Source of the DNA: a virus
IMG/VR virus record: IMGVR_UViG_3300020182_002648
Location: 1 to 64,000 of that record
Length of the DNA stretch: 64,000 nt
Reading direction: 5' to 3' (one strand)
Shown here: positions 30,931 to 41,483 of the stretch, piece after piece
How the letters are laid out: the number at the start of each line of letters is the position of its first letter
Position numbering within the stretch: position 1 is the stretch's first letter
Made by a program: the position numbers and the translations under genes
The notes under the pieces: generated by a model
Database searches by the model: none
What the model saw: the letters and a program-made list of their open reading frames with translations, nothing else
Told to the model about the DNA's origin: nothing

Positions 30931-30935
30931 TCACA

Positions 30936-31832
30936 ATGAAGGCAATTCTAGTATCCGTAAAATACGATGACTACCTGTCACTCGCATTAAAATTCAACCA
31001 ACATATATTCGAAGAGATAATTGTTGTCACTACTAACACTGACCACGATACAATCAAGGCGTGTGACGAGATTGATAATGTCCATTGTGTTCGTGTTGAT
31101 GATAGTGAAGTAACCAAAGGAGGAGCAGTATTCAACAAGGGTCATCTCTTAAACTTCGCAGTGAAATATCTAGAGGATCAACAATACAAAGGATGGATAT
31201 GTTCGACAGATGGTGATATAATGTTCTCATCTGGATTCGATAAAAAATTTGATGAAATAAAAGAACAAGTAGATTCCTATGGAGTTAATAGTAACCGAAT
31301 TATATTCACAGCTCCTAGGTATTTTATGCCACAGAATATAGAGTGGGTAGAAAGTTTTATGAGTAATCCAGATGTATCGTCAACACGAGATGAATATGGA
31401 AACTATACAGGCGTTAAATATAAAGGACTAACTAGACTCCCAAATGAAGGTAAGGAGAGAATAGGACTAGGGTATTGTCAGATGTATTATATAGATACAG
31501 TCACACGAATCAAACCTCATCAAGCCGCGGAACATCCTTATTATTATCAAGCGAGTGACTTGAAATCAACTATGGGTCTCGACACAAAATTGATCGGAAA
31601 TTTTAAATGCACCGCCACTCGTAAAACAACACCAACTAAACAACTTCTCGATGTTTCAAATGTTATGGACCAGAGTGGTAAGGGTGAAGTTAAGCCTGGC
31701 TTCAATATAGAGCTCACATTTCGAAACGAACATGTATTCTGTTGTCATTATGAATCTGATGACTTTTACTGTCTGCATATTGGTAGATCTTGGATCAACC
31801 AGAAGGGTAGAGTAAGTGCTAGAATTTCATGA
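30936..31832 (+). CDS. Putative GT-A glycosyltransferase
   Basis: 'FNKG', 'STDGDI', 'LGYCQMY', 'HIG'; paralogue of 37050..37793. Confidence 0.7.
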   Translation: MKAILVSVKYDDYLSLALKFNQHIFEEIIVVTTNTDHDTIKACDEIDNVHCVRVDDSEVTKGGAVFNKGHLLNFAVKYLEDQQYKGWICSTDGDIMFSSGFDKKFDEIKEQVDSYGVNSNRIIFTAPRYFMPQNIEWVESFMSNPDVSSTRDEYGNYTGVKYKGLTRLPNEGKERIGLGYCQMYYIDTVTRIKPHQAAEHPYYYQASDLKSTMGLDTKLIGNFKCTATRKTTPTKQLLDVSNVMDQSGKGEVKPGFNIELTFRNEHVFCCHYESDDFYCLHIGRSWINQKGRVSARIS

Positions 31833-32824
31833 ATACCGAGTATATACCAGTACACATACCGTCAGTACCTATATATGATATCTTTAAAGACCCTAGAGGA
31901 AACATACATGTAATATCACCACCTCCGGCTGAAGACAGAGAGATTGACGAAGTGTTAGACATAAGACTTTATAGAGAAGGAACCAGTGATTTAAGGTTTG
32001 AACCTATACGATGTGCACACGGAAACACCCGGAGATATACTCTATATAATCATGACCTACATGTACAGACTACTGAGATTACATTAACTGTGGGAGGTAA
32101 TAAAATTAAGACGAGAATAAACGTACCGCCAAAGTTTGAGAATGAGATAGTGATAACCACGCTATGTAAAGACAGACAAGAGTGGGTCACGACGTGGGCT
32201 AATTATCACTTCGATTTAGGAGTGGATAGGATAATATTATATGATAACTCTAAAAATAATAATCTTAGAGATTCACTAGCACCATTAATATCATCCGGAA
32301 AAGTGTTTTATATAAGATGGTCATATCCCTTCAAAACAAGTTCATTAAAAGCCACTGGAAGAAAACGAAACAGCTTATCATGTCAAACTACTTCTCAAAA
32401 TCATTCGCTAAATCTTTTATCAAACTGTCGGATAGTAGGTAACTTAGATGTGGATGAGTTTATTAATCTACAAAAACATAAAAATGTTATGAGTTTTTTT
32501 GATGAGTATATAAGAAGAGAGGAATATTACATCCGCATCCCCAGCAGGACATTTTTTAATAGCTCAAACAAACCCTACACTGGTAAGAAGTTCTTCAAAA
32601 TATTCGAGTGTAACAGGACTACAGAGACACATAATGGAAAGCTATTTATACACCCAAAATCAATACCCGTAATTTCTGTACATCTACTGACTGACAACAA
32701 TGTGATCACCGAGGTGAATCCTATCACTGCTTACTTCAATCACTACATCTATCTCTCTAATACTAACATATCTAGACGAACACGCACTGATACAACAACC
32801 GATAACTCAATACTAAATATATAA
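31829..32824 (+). CDS. Glycosyltransferase family 92 (DUF23)-like
   Basis: 'WANYHFDLGVDRIILYDNS', 'DVDEFI', 'SVH', 'NHY'. Confidence 0.8.
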   Translation: MNTEYIPVHIPSVPIYDIFKDPRGNIHVISPPPAEDREIDEVLDIRLYREGTSDLRFEPIRCAHGNTRRYTLYNHDLHVQTTEITLTVGGNKIKTRINVPPKFENEIVITTLCKDRQEWVTTWANYHFDLGVDRIILYDNSKNNNLRDSLAPLISSGKVFYIRWSYPFKTSSLKATGRKRNSLSCQTTSQNHSLNLLSNCRIVGNLDVDEFINLQKHKNVMSFFDEYIRREEYYIRIPSRTFFNSSNKPYTGKKFFKIFECNRTTETHNGKLFIHPKSIPVISVHLLTDNNVITEVNPITAYFNHYIYLSNTNISRRTRTDTTTDNSILNI

Positions 32825-32829
32825 TATAA

Positions 32830-33561
32830 ATGAACATCAATGAAATAGAAAAATCTCTCCGGGATAACACTCGCCACGAATACAGACTTGGTGATTATAT
32901 CAAACAAATGATGTCTGGGGTATCTAATAAAAATGAAGAACTCAGACCACAATTACGTTCTCTGCGAGATAAACATAACGGAACAATGGGAGATGATCTA
33001 CTATCATACGTACAGTCAAAAAATATAAAAGGAACAAAGAATGTTCGGCAAGCTATCTTAAATTTTTTTAGAAATGCAGCCAAGTCAATAGCTGACCCGC
33101 CATACATGACAATACATCTACGACTAGGGGATGTGCTTGACCCCATCGGTGGAATTAAATCACGAGGGGAAGTTCATGGGTATTTAACACCTCTGAGTAT
33201 ATATAGTGATATGATTCAAGACTTAAAGAAACTCAATCCAGACCATCACATAGAGATCCAAACCGGTATTCATAAGTTTGGTGCTACTGCGACTGCAAAG
33301 TATCTATATGAGTTGAATGAACTCCTTGATAATAACGGTTTAAAACCAACTGTCAATATCACAGATCCAGATACTGCGTTTCTCCGGTTGATCTCATCCA
33401 AAACATTGATATACTGCAAGGGTGGATATTCACAGATAGCAGCAGTAATTTGTCAGGAGATGGGAGGCGATGTGTTGTATGCTGAGGATCTTGACAAGCG
33501 TAACCACTTCCCATATGCTGGGGACATCAGTATATTTGATTGCCCTCACTTGTATAAATAA
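32830..33561 (+). CDS. Putative fucosyltransferase-like protein (GT11/GT23-type motif)
   Basis: 'IHLRLGD' GDP-fucose-binding motif, 'YLTPLSIY', 'DPDTAF..L.....LI...GGYS'. Confidence 0.65.
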   Translation: MNINEIEKSLRDNTRHEYRLGDYIKQMMSGVSNKNEELRPQLRSLRDKHNGTMGDDLLSYVQSKNIKGTKNVRQAILNFFRNAAKSIADPPYMTIHLRLGDVLDPIGGIKSRGEVHGYLTPLSIYSDMIQDLKKLNPDHHIEIQTGIHKFGATATAKYLYELNELLDNNGLKPTVNITDPDTAFLRLISSKTLIYCKGGYSQIAAVICQEMGGDVLYAEDLDKRNHFPYAGDISIFDCPHLYK

Positions 33562-33577
33562 CGCATATCTATAAGTA
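33553..33577 (+). promoter_or_regulatory. Tandem late-promoter-like boxes
   Basis: TATAAATA (33553-33560) and TATAAGTA (33570-33577), the latter 6 nt before ATG 33584. Confidence 0.6.
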
Positions 33578-33583
33578 ATACTG

Positions 33584-34222
33584 ATGATCAACCACAAAGA
33601 GAAATTTATATATGTACATATACCAAAAACCGGTGGGCATAGTATTGATAAATACTTTATGTCACGTAATCTAGTTGATGATAAGTTGTGGCACTGTACT
33701 GCGCGTCAGCTACACGATCATCTAGGAGCAGATAAATGGTCCGAATACACAAGTTTCACTGTGGTACGCAATCCATGGGACCGGATGGTTTCTGAGTTTT
33801 GCTGGCAATCCGGAACAGGTGATAAACAAATAGCTACTCCATGGGGAAATAAAACAGCCACGTTCAAGGAATTTTTATTGATGGTAAAAGACTCTCCTAC
33901 TGATCATCACAATCTTAATCAAGTGCGTCAATTCGACACATGGTACAGGACACAAGAAGTTAAGGACGGTCACCTGAACACACAAGCTAGTTTTGTGTTG
34001 AGCCCATCTGGTGAAAAACTAGTACAGCATATCATCCGCTTCGAACAACTGAGCGAAGAGTTTTTACAAATATTATCAAAACTAAATCTTCCCATAGAAC
34101 CATTACCACACTTAAATAAATCCTCTCGGACGAAATATCAGGATTATTATGATCAAGAGAGTATAGATATTGTAGCTACTCGATTTAAAGATGATATCGA
34201 GTTGTTCAACTACAATTACTAG
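33584..34222 (+). CDS. Sulfotransferase family 2
   Basis: PAPS-binding 'YVHIPKTGGHSI' and 'VRNPWDRMVS'; 'IIRFEQL'; 'DDIELFNY'. Confidence 0.92.
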   Translation: MINHKEKFIYVHIPKTGGHSIDKYFMSRNLVDDKLWHCTARQLHDHLGADKWSEYTSFTVVRNPWDRMVSEFCWQSGTGDKQIATPWGNKTATFKEFLLMVKDSPTDHHNLNQVRQFDTWYRTQEVKDGHLNTQASFVLSPSGEKLVQHIIRFEQLSEEFLQILSKLNLPIEPLPHLNKSSRTKYQDYYDQESIDIVATRFKDDIELFNYNY

Positions 34223-34224
34223 AC

Positions 34225-35244
34225 ATGATTAAAACTCCTTCTCTACCGGGTCATATTCGTGATTTCGTTCTGAAGTGGATATTATCAGACGATACAATAC
34301 AACACTATGCTAAGCAACAAAACATATTTGTAAAACCACTGCAAATAGACAAATCGAAAAACTGTATTAGTAGTATTATAGCGAGGGATAATGGTAGATT
34401 GAAACTACCATCACCTACATTGTATGTCGGTTTCGAACCGTATATTGTAGGTTCACATCTAGACCCTGAACGTAATGGATTCTCCATACAGTCAGCTAGA
34501 GGTTCCGCTGGTGACATACCATTAGGTTTCGGATATGATCCTATTGAAGGTATAACATCAAGAACACAGCTCTTAGATAGAAATATATTAATAACAACTT
34601 GTGATAAACAAGAACATTGTCATTACTTACCTTTCATCTCGACACACCCTAGTATTATTGATAGTACTGAAAATATAAAGAAGCATAGTAACATAAACCG
34701 GAGATTTAAAGTAGGTTATATGAACAGAGTTAAATGTAATCGTAGAGAACAAATGTTTAATAATCTAGTGTATAGATTCGGAGTGAATCAGTGCCATGCT
34801 CTAGGTGAGAGGTGTGGTACATATCCAGAGACATTACAACCTAGTAACAATCCTCGATCAGGCCAAGATTGTTGGTATAATGATAAGCTACATCAACTAT
34901 ATTCAAACTATACATTCATGATAGCTATGGAGAATACAATTTCACCTGGATATATAACTGAGAAGATTTTAAACTCATTCATCGCTGGCGCGATTCCTAT
35001 ATATTATGGTACTGATGAAATCAAGGACGTATTTAACACTAAGGCTTTCATCCATGTAACTGACTACAAGTCAATCGAAGATTGTGCAGAATATATATCC
35101 AGTATGAATAATAAAGAAATCCTCCAGATGCAAAGTCAACATATATTCAAAAAACCACTACATGGCATGTTCAAAGAAACATCCGAGATGTATAGCAATA
35201 TACGAAATGATATTATAAGTATGTGTAATCATGAGAGACCGTAA
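34225..35244 (+). CDS. Alpha-1,3/4-fucosyltransferase (GT10)
   Basis: GT10 motif 'YTFMIAMENTISPGYITEKILNSFIAGAIPIYYG...FNTKAFIH'. Confidence 0.88.
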   Translation: MIKTPSLPGHIRDFVLKWILSDDTIQHYAKQQNIFVKPLQIDKSKNCISSIIARDNGRLKLPSPTLYVGFEPYIVGSHLDPERNGFSIQSARGSAGDIPLGFGYDPIEGITSRTQLLDRNILITTCDKQEHCHYLPFISTHPSIIDSTENIKKHSNINRRFKVGYMNRVKCNRREQMFNNLVYRFGVNQCHALGERCGTYPETLQPSNNPRSGQDCWYNDKLHQLYSNYTFMIAMENTISPGYITEKILNSFIAGAIPIYYGTDEIKDVFNTKAFIHVTDYKSIEDCAEYISSMNNKEILQMQSQHIFKKPLHGMFKETSEMYSNIRNDIISMCNHERP

Positions 35245-36004
35245 TATCTTAATCAATTTTGCAGATCATGCATATCATAACAGCCAGGTACGTAATTCAA
35301 CTTCCGGGTTGATGTACGGGTTTAACACCGTACATCAATACAATCCCCGGGATATTGATAAGGATTTTTATAACAAGAATAAAAAGATATTAGACCAACC
35401 CCGAGGTTGTGGGTATTGGTTGTGGAAGCCTTACTTTATATATAAAGAGTTAGTTGATCTATCTCCTGGGGATATATTATTTTACTCAGATTCCGGCTGT
35501 GACTTCATTAAAGACTTCACTCCGGTGATACGACATATTAGAGAGTCTGAACATGGTATATGCCCCTTCAAGCTTGCAGGAAAACATAAGGAGTTTATAT
35601 TTACGAAAAGAGACTTATTTATTGAGACAGAAACCGATACAGAAGAGTATACACAAACACCTCAGATAATGGCATCATTCATAGGGATACGAAAAACAGA
35701 TTTTACGGTTGACTTTTTTAAGAACTATCTACAGTACGCTCAAACCGAACAATTGATAACAGATTGTCCTAGTAAATCTAAAAATTACGATGGGTTTAAA
35801 GATCATAGACATGATCAATCAATCTTCAGTTTACTCTGCAAAAAACATAAAATACCAACTCTAGATGATCCTACACAATGGGGACTAAAGCATAAGGAGT
35901 CAAAACCCGGTTGTACATATATCTGGCATCGCCGGAATAATAATAGAATCAAGACAGAGATGAGAGACCTAGAAGGAATGAGAGTTCCGTTGATAGTAGG
36001 ATGA
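35231..36004 (+). CDS. Putative GT-A glycosyltransferase ('HRHDQS' family)
   Basis: 'RGCGYWLWKPYFI', 'YSDSG', 'DHRHDQSIFSLL'. Confidence 0.7.
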   Translation: MRDRNILINFADHAYHNSQVRNSTSGLMYGFNTVHQYNPRDIDKDFYNKNKKILDQPRGCGYWLWKPYFIYKELVDLSPGDILFYSDSGCDFIKDFTPVIRHIRESEHGICPFKLAGKHKEFIFTKRDLFIETETDTEEYTQTPQIMASFIGIRKTDFTVDFFKNYLQYAQTEQLITDCPSKSKNYDGFKDHRHDQSIFSLLCKKHKIPTLDDPTQWGLKHKESKPGCTYIWHRRNNNRIKTEMRDLEGMRVPLIVG

Positions 36005-37053
36005 ACCGGAAATTAAGAATATATACCCCAATGAAGAAGGCGACCTCTGAGGAGAACGCACAGGTACTTCAACCCGGTATAAAAAACAGCAAACATTGTG
36101 AATCTGTAGACTTACCAGATCAGGTACGTACTTTAGATCACCCAGATGGTCCTTATGTAGAAAAATTGGCACCTCAAACACGAGGTACTCCAAAAGATAT
36201 TGATCTCATGATACTACACGGATGCATGCAGCCAGATCAAGCAAAGGTATGGAGAGAACAATACCCTGATATACCTGCTATTGTCATGGATTATAAAGAT
36301 GAACTCGAACTATATCACCCGGAACTTCGAGTGTTAGCTCACTTCAAGCGTAATATGGCTATAAGAAAATGGGGTAAACCGCTAGGAGTCAATGACTACA
36401 AACCACACAACGTTCATTTTTCACCATATTGTGTGCGTGAGGATATTGTAGCTGAGATGTCCCAGTATAAAAATACAGCAAGAGATAAGGATGTCTGTTG
36501 CTTTTTTGAGCCTAATGATGACAACTGGAGCAAGCACATTCCCATGCACTATGAACGTGGTGTAGGTTTACGATCTGTAATTGAGAATCATGTTGGTTGG
36601 TGTGGTACCCGCCGGCTAGTTGCATCAACATTACAGGCAGCTAAGAAGTGGTATGGTTGTGGATATGATATGCATATAGGTAAAACAGGTGGTGGCCAGA
36701 CTGACGGTAGGAGATCACCACAACAGGACTATTGTCGATTAATGGCCACGACCAAGATAATAGTGACAGCGACTCCTGACGGATGGGAGGGTGACTATAG
36801 GTTGATGGAATCTATTAGCAGTGGTGCATTAGTATTACATAACCGAATGGCATTACCTCCAGCTGGATTAGTCGATGGTAAGCACTGGATAATATATGAC
36901 GATCATCAGGATATGCTAGAGAAGGTATATTATTACAACACACATCCAGATCAAGCAAGAGTGATAGGAGAGCAGGGAAGAGATTACGTGATGAACAACC
37001 ACAAACCAGAGCACCGAGTCGAGAGTTGGCTTCGAATTATAGGTTTGTTATGA
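36001..37053 (+). CDS. GT-B glycosyltransferase (Glyco_trans_1_2/CgeB-like C-terminus)
   Basis: 'YRLMESISSGALVL...DGKHWIIY....MLEKVYYYNTHPDQARVIGEQGR.YVMNNH'. Confidence 0.8.
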   Translation: MNRKLRIYTPMKKATSEENAQVLQPGIKNSKHCESVDLPDQVRTLDHPDGPYVEKLAPQTRGTPKDIDLMILHGCMQPDQAKVWREQYPDIPAIVMDYKDELELYHPELRVLAHFKRNMAIRKWGKPLGVNDYKPHNVHFSPYCVREDIVAEMSQYKNTARDKDVCCFFEPNDDNWSKHIPMHYERGVGLRSVIENHVGWCGTRRLVASTLQAAKKWYGCGYDMHIGKTGGGQTDGRRSPQQDYCRLMATTKIIVTATPDGWEGDYRLMESISSGALVLHNRMALPPAGLVDGKHWIIYDDHQDMLEKVYYYNTHPDQARVIGEQGRDYVMNNHKPEHRVESWLRIIGLL

Positions 37054-37793
37054 AATTTGTAGGTATAACAGTTTGTGTTAATTATGCACCTATTTTGAGA
37101 TTAGCCTTACAAGAAACAAGCCAAAGACTAGATCGCATTATCGTTGTAACCAAGAAAGATGATATTGACACAATAAAGGTTTGTGAGGGATACAATAATG
37201 TGGATACAGTCTTCTTTGATTTTAGCGTTGATGAGAGGTGGTTTGAGACACACATGAAGCGATTTAAAAATGGGGAGATGAACAATCCGCCTGATATGAG
37301 AAAGCAATATTGGTCTAAGCGTTTATCTGATGCTAATGTCAAGGGATTTAATAAAGGTGGAGGGTTGCGTTTAGGTCAGCAACATGTAGTAAAAAACTAT
37401 CCAGGATCTGTACAAATCATTTTAGATTGTGATATAGTTCTCCCACCTGAATTCAAAACCGCGACGACTAGCATGGATTATATTAATGATGTTTTATATG
37501 TACCTAACGAGCGTCGTGATTACACATCATATACATTATACAAACAGCAAAAAACATTTAAGAACTACTCCACCGCTGGATGGGGATATTTTCAAATGTA
37601 CAGACCGTCAATAGAATCTAACAGAGTGTTTTATGATGACTGGCCAGATGCAGCGAAGACTGATGTTTGGTTCCGTAACGATATATTAAAGGGTGATTTC
37701 AAAAAAAAGATAAAACTCAATACACATGTAGATCACTTAGGACAGGAAGGTGGCTCAATACATTTAACTAAATACAACTTCGACTTTAACTGA
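37050..37793 (+). CDS. Putative GT-A glycosyltransferase
   Basis: 'ITVCVNY', 'FNKG', 'LDCDIVLP', 'GYFQMY', 'HLG'; ATGA overlap at 37050. Confidence 0.75.
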   Translation: MKFVGITVCVNYAPILRLALQETSQRLDRIIVVTKKDDIDTIKVCEGYNNVDTVFFDFSVDERWFETHMKRFKNGEMNNPPDMRKQYWSKRLSDANVKGFNKGGGLRLGQQHVVKNYPGSVQIILDCDIVLPPEFKTATTSMDYINDVLYVPNERRDYTSYTLYKQQKTFKNYSTAGWGYFQMYRPSIESNRVFYDDWPDAAKTDVWFRNDILKGDFKKKIKLNTHVDHLGQEGGSIHLTKYNFDFN

Positions 37794-37794
37794 A

Positions 37795-38790
37795 ATGATA
37801 GTATCACACAAACATAAATTTATATTCATTAAGACACACAAGACGTCAACACAGACGTTTATGAAGTTTATCAAACCACATCTAGGGACAGATGATGTTA
37901 TGGCAGGTGATTCATCTAGTGACGTCAATGAGGATACGAAACTCAATGTAGATAAGAAATTTGAATCCACCGGCAAGAGTGCTCACGAGTATGTTGAAGT
38001 TTACGGAAACCATCTCCCGTGGTTTATGATCAAGGAAATAGTAGGTGATGATATATGGAGCAATTATACAAAGATCACTATTGAGAGAGATCCTTACGAT
38101 AGACTAGTATCACTATTTCATTTCCTTAATAATATTCTCATAAAACCCGGTCTATTCCAGCCCAGCCCGGGTTATCGTTCTCAATTGAAAGGTCCAGAGA
38201 TTAAAGACATGCTACAGAACAGTCTACTTGATCTATATCCAGAAGAGATACGAACCTATTTCGAGGAGCTTACACTCATGCAACTATCCTCACCGGTTAT
38301 GAATCTCATGGATCATGATACGTATGGTCCGATTGGAGTCGAAAAAGAGAGATCATTATATAAGAACACCGCGCGTGATTTAAATCTCAGAATATATGAA
38401 GTCGATAATAGCCCGTTGATCATCAATAACAAGCTCGGACCTTTTCCTTATCTAAACACTTCTGATATATGCATTCGATTAGAACCTTTTCAGAAACATC
38501 AAGCTAGTGAAGGTCAATGTAGATTTCTCAACTATGGATATTACTACGATGGTGATCGATTGCAGGTCGACGAAGTTATAGATTTTAAGGATGTGGGTAA
38601 CAATATAGGTGATACGTTTCAAAAATACGGAATCAATATTAAATGTGATGAGAGTTTATATAATGACAACAGCCAAAACACACACTACAGATCAACTACA
38701 TCCAGTTATAGTACTGATTGGTGGTATGAAGGCCTTAAGGGTTTCATGATCAAGGAATTAATTAATGAGAAACTCATTACGCGCACCTAA
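37795..38790 (+). CDS. Sulfotransferase family 2-like
   Basis: 'MIVSHKHKFIFIKTHKTSTQT' and 'ERDPYDRLVS'. Confidence 0.8.
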   Translation: MIVSHKHKFIFIKTHKTSTQTFMKFIKPHLGTDDVMAGDSSSDVNEDTKLNVDKKFESTGKSAHEYVEVYGNHLPWFMIKEIVGDDIWSNYTKITIERDPYDRLVSLFHFLNNILIKPGLFQPSPGYRSQLKGPEIKDMLQNSLLDLYPEEIRTYFEELTLMQLSSPVMNLMDHDTYGPIGVEKERSLYKNTARDLNLRIYEVDNSPLIINNKLGPFPYLNTSDICIRLEPFQKHQASEGQCRFLNYGYYYDGDRLQVDEVIDFKDVGNNIGDTFQKYGINIKCDESLYNDNSQNTHYRSTTSSYSTDWWYEGLKGFMIKELINEKLITRT

Positions 38791-38795
38791 TTACA

Positions 38796-38803
38796 TATAA
38801 ATA
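38796..38803 (+). promoter_or_regulatory. T4-type late promoter
   Basis: Exact TATAAATA 9 nt before ATG 38813; heads the run of genes through ugd-glf-fcl-gmd. Confidence 0.7.
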
Positions 38804-38812
38804 TATGTATAT

Positions 38813-40651
38813 ATGGAAGAAGAGATGATTGTCAATTTATGCACCTTTATGGGACGAAAGAATAATGTTAAGATATTACTTGTATACGTGGAAGAAGCGC
38901 TCAAGATAAATGCTATTGATAATTATTATATGATAGATATGACTCGTAATCATAAGGATCACGAATATATATTTAGCGAACAACAACGACTCAATGAATT
39001 ATATCCAGAGCGAGTCCACGTTGTGAATAGGGAGATCCGGAGGAAACAGTTAGACGATAACACGGCTATGGACACAATCGGTAGTTGGGCACCATTCTAT
39101 GAGTTCTGTAGTCAATTTAGTGACAATGATGTAATTATAAAGTGTGATGATGACACTACATACTTTGACGTAGAGACTATTAGAGCTGCAGCAGAGGTAA
39201 GATTTAAAAACAAACACCCGTTCCTGATGCATGGTAATACTATTAATAATGGTATATGTGCTTTTCATCAGCAACGCAAAGGGATATGGACGTTTGAAGG
39301 TAATGATGTACTAGACAATTACCCTACAAGTGGACTAACAGGTCCCTTGTTTTCTCACCCGGAAATTGCATGCGGGTGTCATGAACAGTTCACACGAGAC
39401 TTAATAGCAGATGAGAGTAATATTAGTAAATATGCCTTAAACTCAAATCCATACTTCACAGCAAGAGTGAGTATTAATATGATATTCATGTTGGGAAGTG
39501 ATAGAGACATTATCAGCAAGATTGACACGCAAGATGAGTATGTTAGTAGCAGTAAGATAGGACAACAAACAGACCGCCCTAACATGTTGATTGGTGATTT
39601 TACGTGCGCTCATCACACATACGGAGTTCAAGAACCAGTAATGGAGGAGTTAGGTACATACAAAATGTACAAGGAGTTGGCGGATAAATACTACAGTAAC
39701 GACACAGTACGTACTAACAAGAGTATCACCCAACCAGAAGGACAATCACTGACACTCAAGTCTGATGATATATATTTGGCTAGATACTGGAGTGGTGAAA
39801 ATAGTATAACTATCAAGAACAACAGGACTGATAAATATATCAATTTAGATTGGGTCAAGACAGAGAGAGTTAAGTTTATCGAGGATAAACCCGGGCAGAA
39901 AGAACGAGTAGGAACAGGAGTGTACTGGTATAAGGCAGAGTTGTCAGCTAGTGACAAGCCAATGGTATTTAATCTAGATGATAAAGAGAAAGGAAACCTA
40001 CAAATACAGGATTGCACAGAGATATTTAAAACATCTCAACCAGGTAATAAGGCTGAACGGTTCATGACATTTCCTGTTAAGAAGTGGTTCCAACAGAACT
40101 ATAAAAAACAATACGTCAAGATCAATAACATAGGTACAGATGAAGCACAGATAGAGACTCCTCATCACCCTGGATTCAATTTAGTTGCAGATGATCGTAA
40201 TCCTGACAAGACTTTATACTTCTTTACAAACGGTGGAGAAGATACATGGACCGTAGAGGATCTGAGCAATACAAATAATCTAATCGTACCTATTTCAATT
40301 GATCGTGGTAATCAGGATGAGTGTGAGAATGACCCTACTACCGCCCGGGTTGTTAATGATGACAGTTTACCGGAGTGTAGGAATTTTAGAGAATTCTACT
40401 GGATGGTTAATGGGTATATTTGGGAAATGGTACCTCAAGGAGATAATGAATGTCATGTAAAGTTGATAGCAGATGATCTAGATGATTTGTATCTCTCCGG
40501 AGAAGCTTCCGGTAAAGTGAGGTTGAGTGCCAATAAGGATCTCTGGAAGTTAAGCACCGATAAGTTTTTAGTCCACAACTCGACAAAATTAAAGTTATCT
40601 ATATCACCCACTGGAGTTGAGATTAACTTAACTGGAACTAAATTATCGTAA
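38813..40651 (+). CDS. Putative GT-A glycosyltransferase with C-terminal beta-rich domain
   Basis: 'FMGRK', DxD-type 'IIKCDDD', 'GNTINNG', 'RVSINMI'; C-terminal half is beta-rich with spaced Trp residues. Confidence 0.55.
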   Translation: MEEEMIVNLCTFMGRKNNVKILLVYVEEALKINAIDNYYMIDMTRNHKDHEYIFSEQQRLNELYPERVHVVNREIRRKQLDDNTAMDTIGSWAPFYEFCSQFSDNDVIIKCDDDTTYFDVETIRAAAEVRFKNKHPFLMHGNTINNGICAFHQQRKGIWTFEGNDVLDNYPTSGLTGPLFSHPEIACGCHEQFTRDLIADESNISKYALNSNPYFTARVSINMIFMLGSDRDIISKIDTQDEYVSSSKIGQQTDRPNMLIGDFTCAHHTYGVQEPVMEELGTYKMYKELADKYYSNDTVRTNKSITQPEGQSLTLKSDDIYLARYWSGENSITIKNNRTDKYINLDWVKTERVKFIEDKPGQKERVGTGVYWYKAELSASDKPMVFNLDDKEKGNLQIQDCTEIFKTSQPGNKAERFMTFPVKKWFQQNYKKQYVKINNIGTDEAQIETPHHPGFNLVADDRNPDKTLYFFTNGGEDTWTVEDLSNTNNLIVPISIDRGNQDECENDPTTARVVNDDSLPECRNFREFYWMVNGYIWEMVPQGDNECHVKLIADDLDDLYLSGEASGKVRLSANKDLWKLSTDKFLVHNSTKLKLSISPTGVEINLTGTKLS

Positions 40652-41481
40652 TGAAAGTCGGAGTTATTGGAGCAGGATTCGTTGGAAACGCGATGAGTCA
40701 ATTAAGCCCAGGAGTGGATATAATCGTATGGGACACTGACGAGAGCAAGAGGGTACCAGTTGACATAACATTCGAAGATTTTGTTAAACAGTCTGAAATA
40801 GTCTTTATAGCAGTACCTACACCGATGGATAAAGATGGTAGATGTCATACTGATATCGTTGAGAGTGTAGTTAGCGACGTACGTAGGATTGATAATGAAC
40901 AGCACATAGTAATAAGATCAACAGTACCTCCTGGTACATGTGCTCGATTAGGTGTTAGTTTCATGCCAGAGTTCTTGACAGAGAGATATTGGAAGACTGA
41001 TTTTATACGAACAACAAAGTGGATTATCGGTACAAATGATAATATACTATTCGAATTGATGACAACCATGTTCAAACTAGCGAAAGATCGAGGATGTATC
41101 GATAGCTGTGTGACTGAACAATACACACCTAGTGAAGCTGAGATGATGAAGTATACCGCTAATTGTTTTCTAGCGACCAAGATAAGCTTCTTCAATGAAG
41201 TTAGCGAGTTATGTGACACAATTGGTATTGATTATAATAATATCATCAAATTCTGTGGTGGTGATCCTCGAATTGGTAACAACCACACCCGCGTGCCTGG
41301 TCACGACGGAAAGAGAGGATATGGAGGTACATGCTTTCCAAAGGATATGAACGCATTAGCGCATGAGTTTGAAGCGAACGGTTTAGAGTCATATATAATA
41401 AAAGCATCAATCGAACGAAATGAACATCATGACCGGCCTGAACGCGATTGGAAGTCGGATAGTGGTAGAGCAGTAATTTAA
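40651..41481 (+). CDS. ugd: UDP-glucose/GDP-mannose 6-dehydrogenase, short form lacking the C-terminal domain
   Basis: GAGFVG, AVPTP, RSTVPPGT, PEFL, catalytic 'GYGGTCFPKD'. Confidence 0.9.
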   Translation: MKVGVIGAGFVGNAMSQLSPGVDIIVWDTDESKRVPVDITFEDFVKQSEIVFIAVPTPMDKDGRCHTDIVESVVSDVRRIDNEQHIVIRSTVPPGTCARLGVSFMPEFLTERYWKTDFIRTTKWIIGTNDNILFELMTTMFKLAKDRGCIDSCVTEQYTPSEAEMMKYTANCFLATKISFFNEVSELCDTIGIDYNNIIKFCGGDPRIGNNHTRVPGHDGKRGYGGTCFPKDMNALAHEFEANGLESYIIKASIERNEHHDRPERDWKSDSGRAVI

Positions 41482-41483
41482 TA

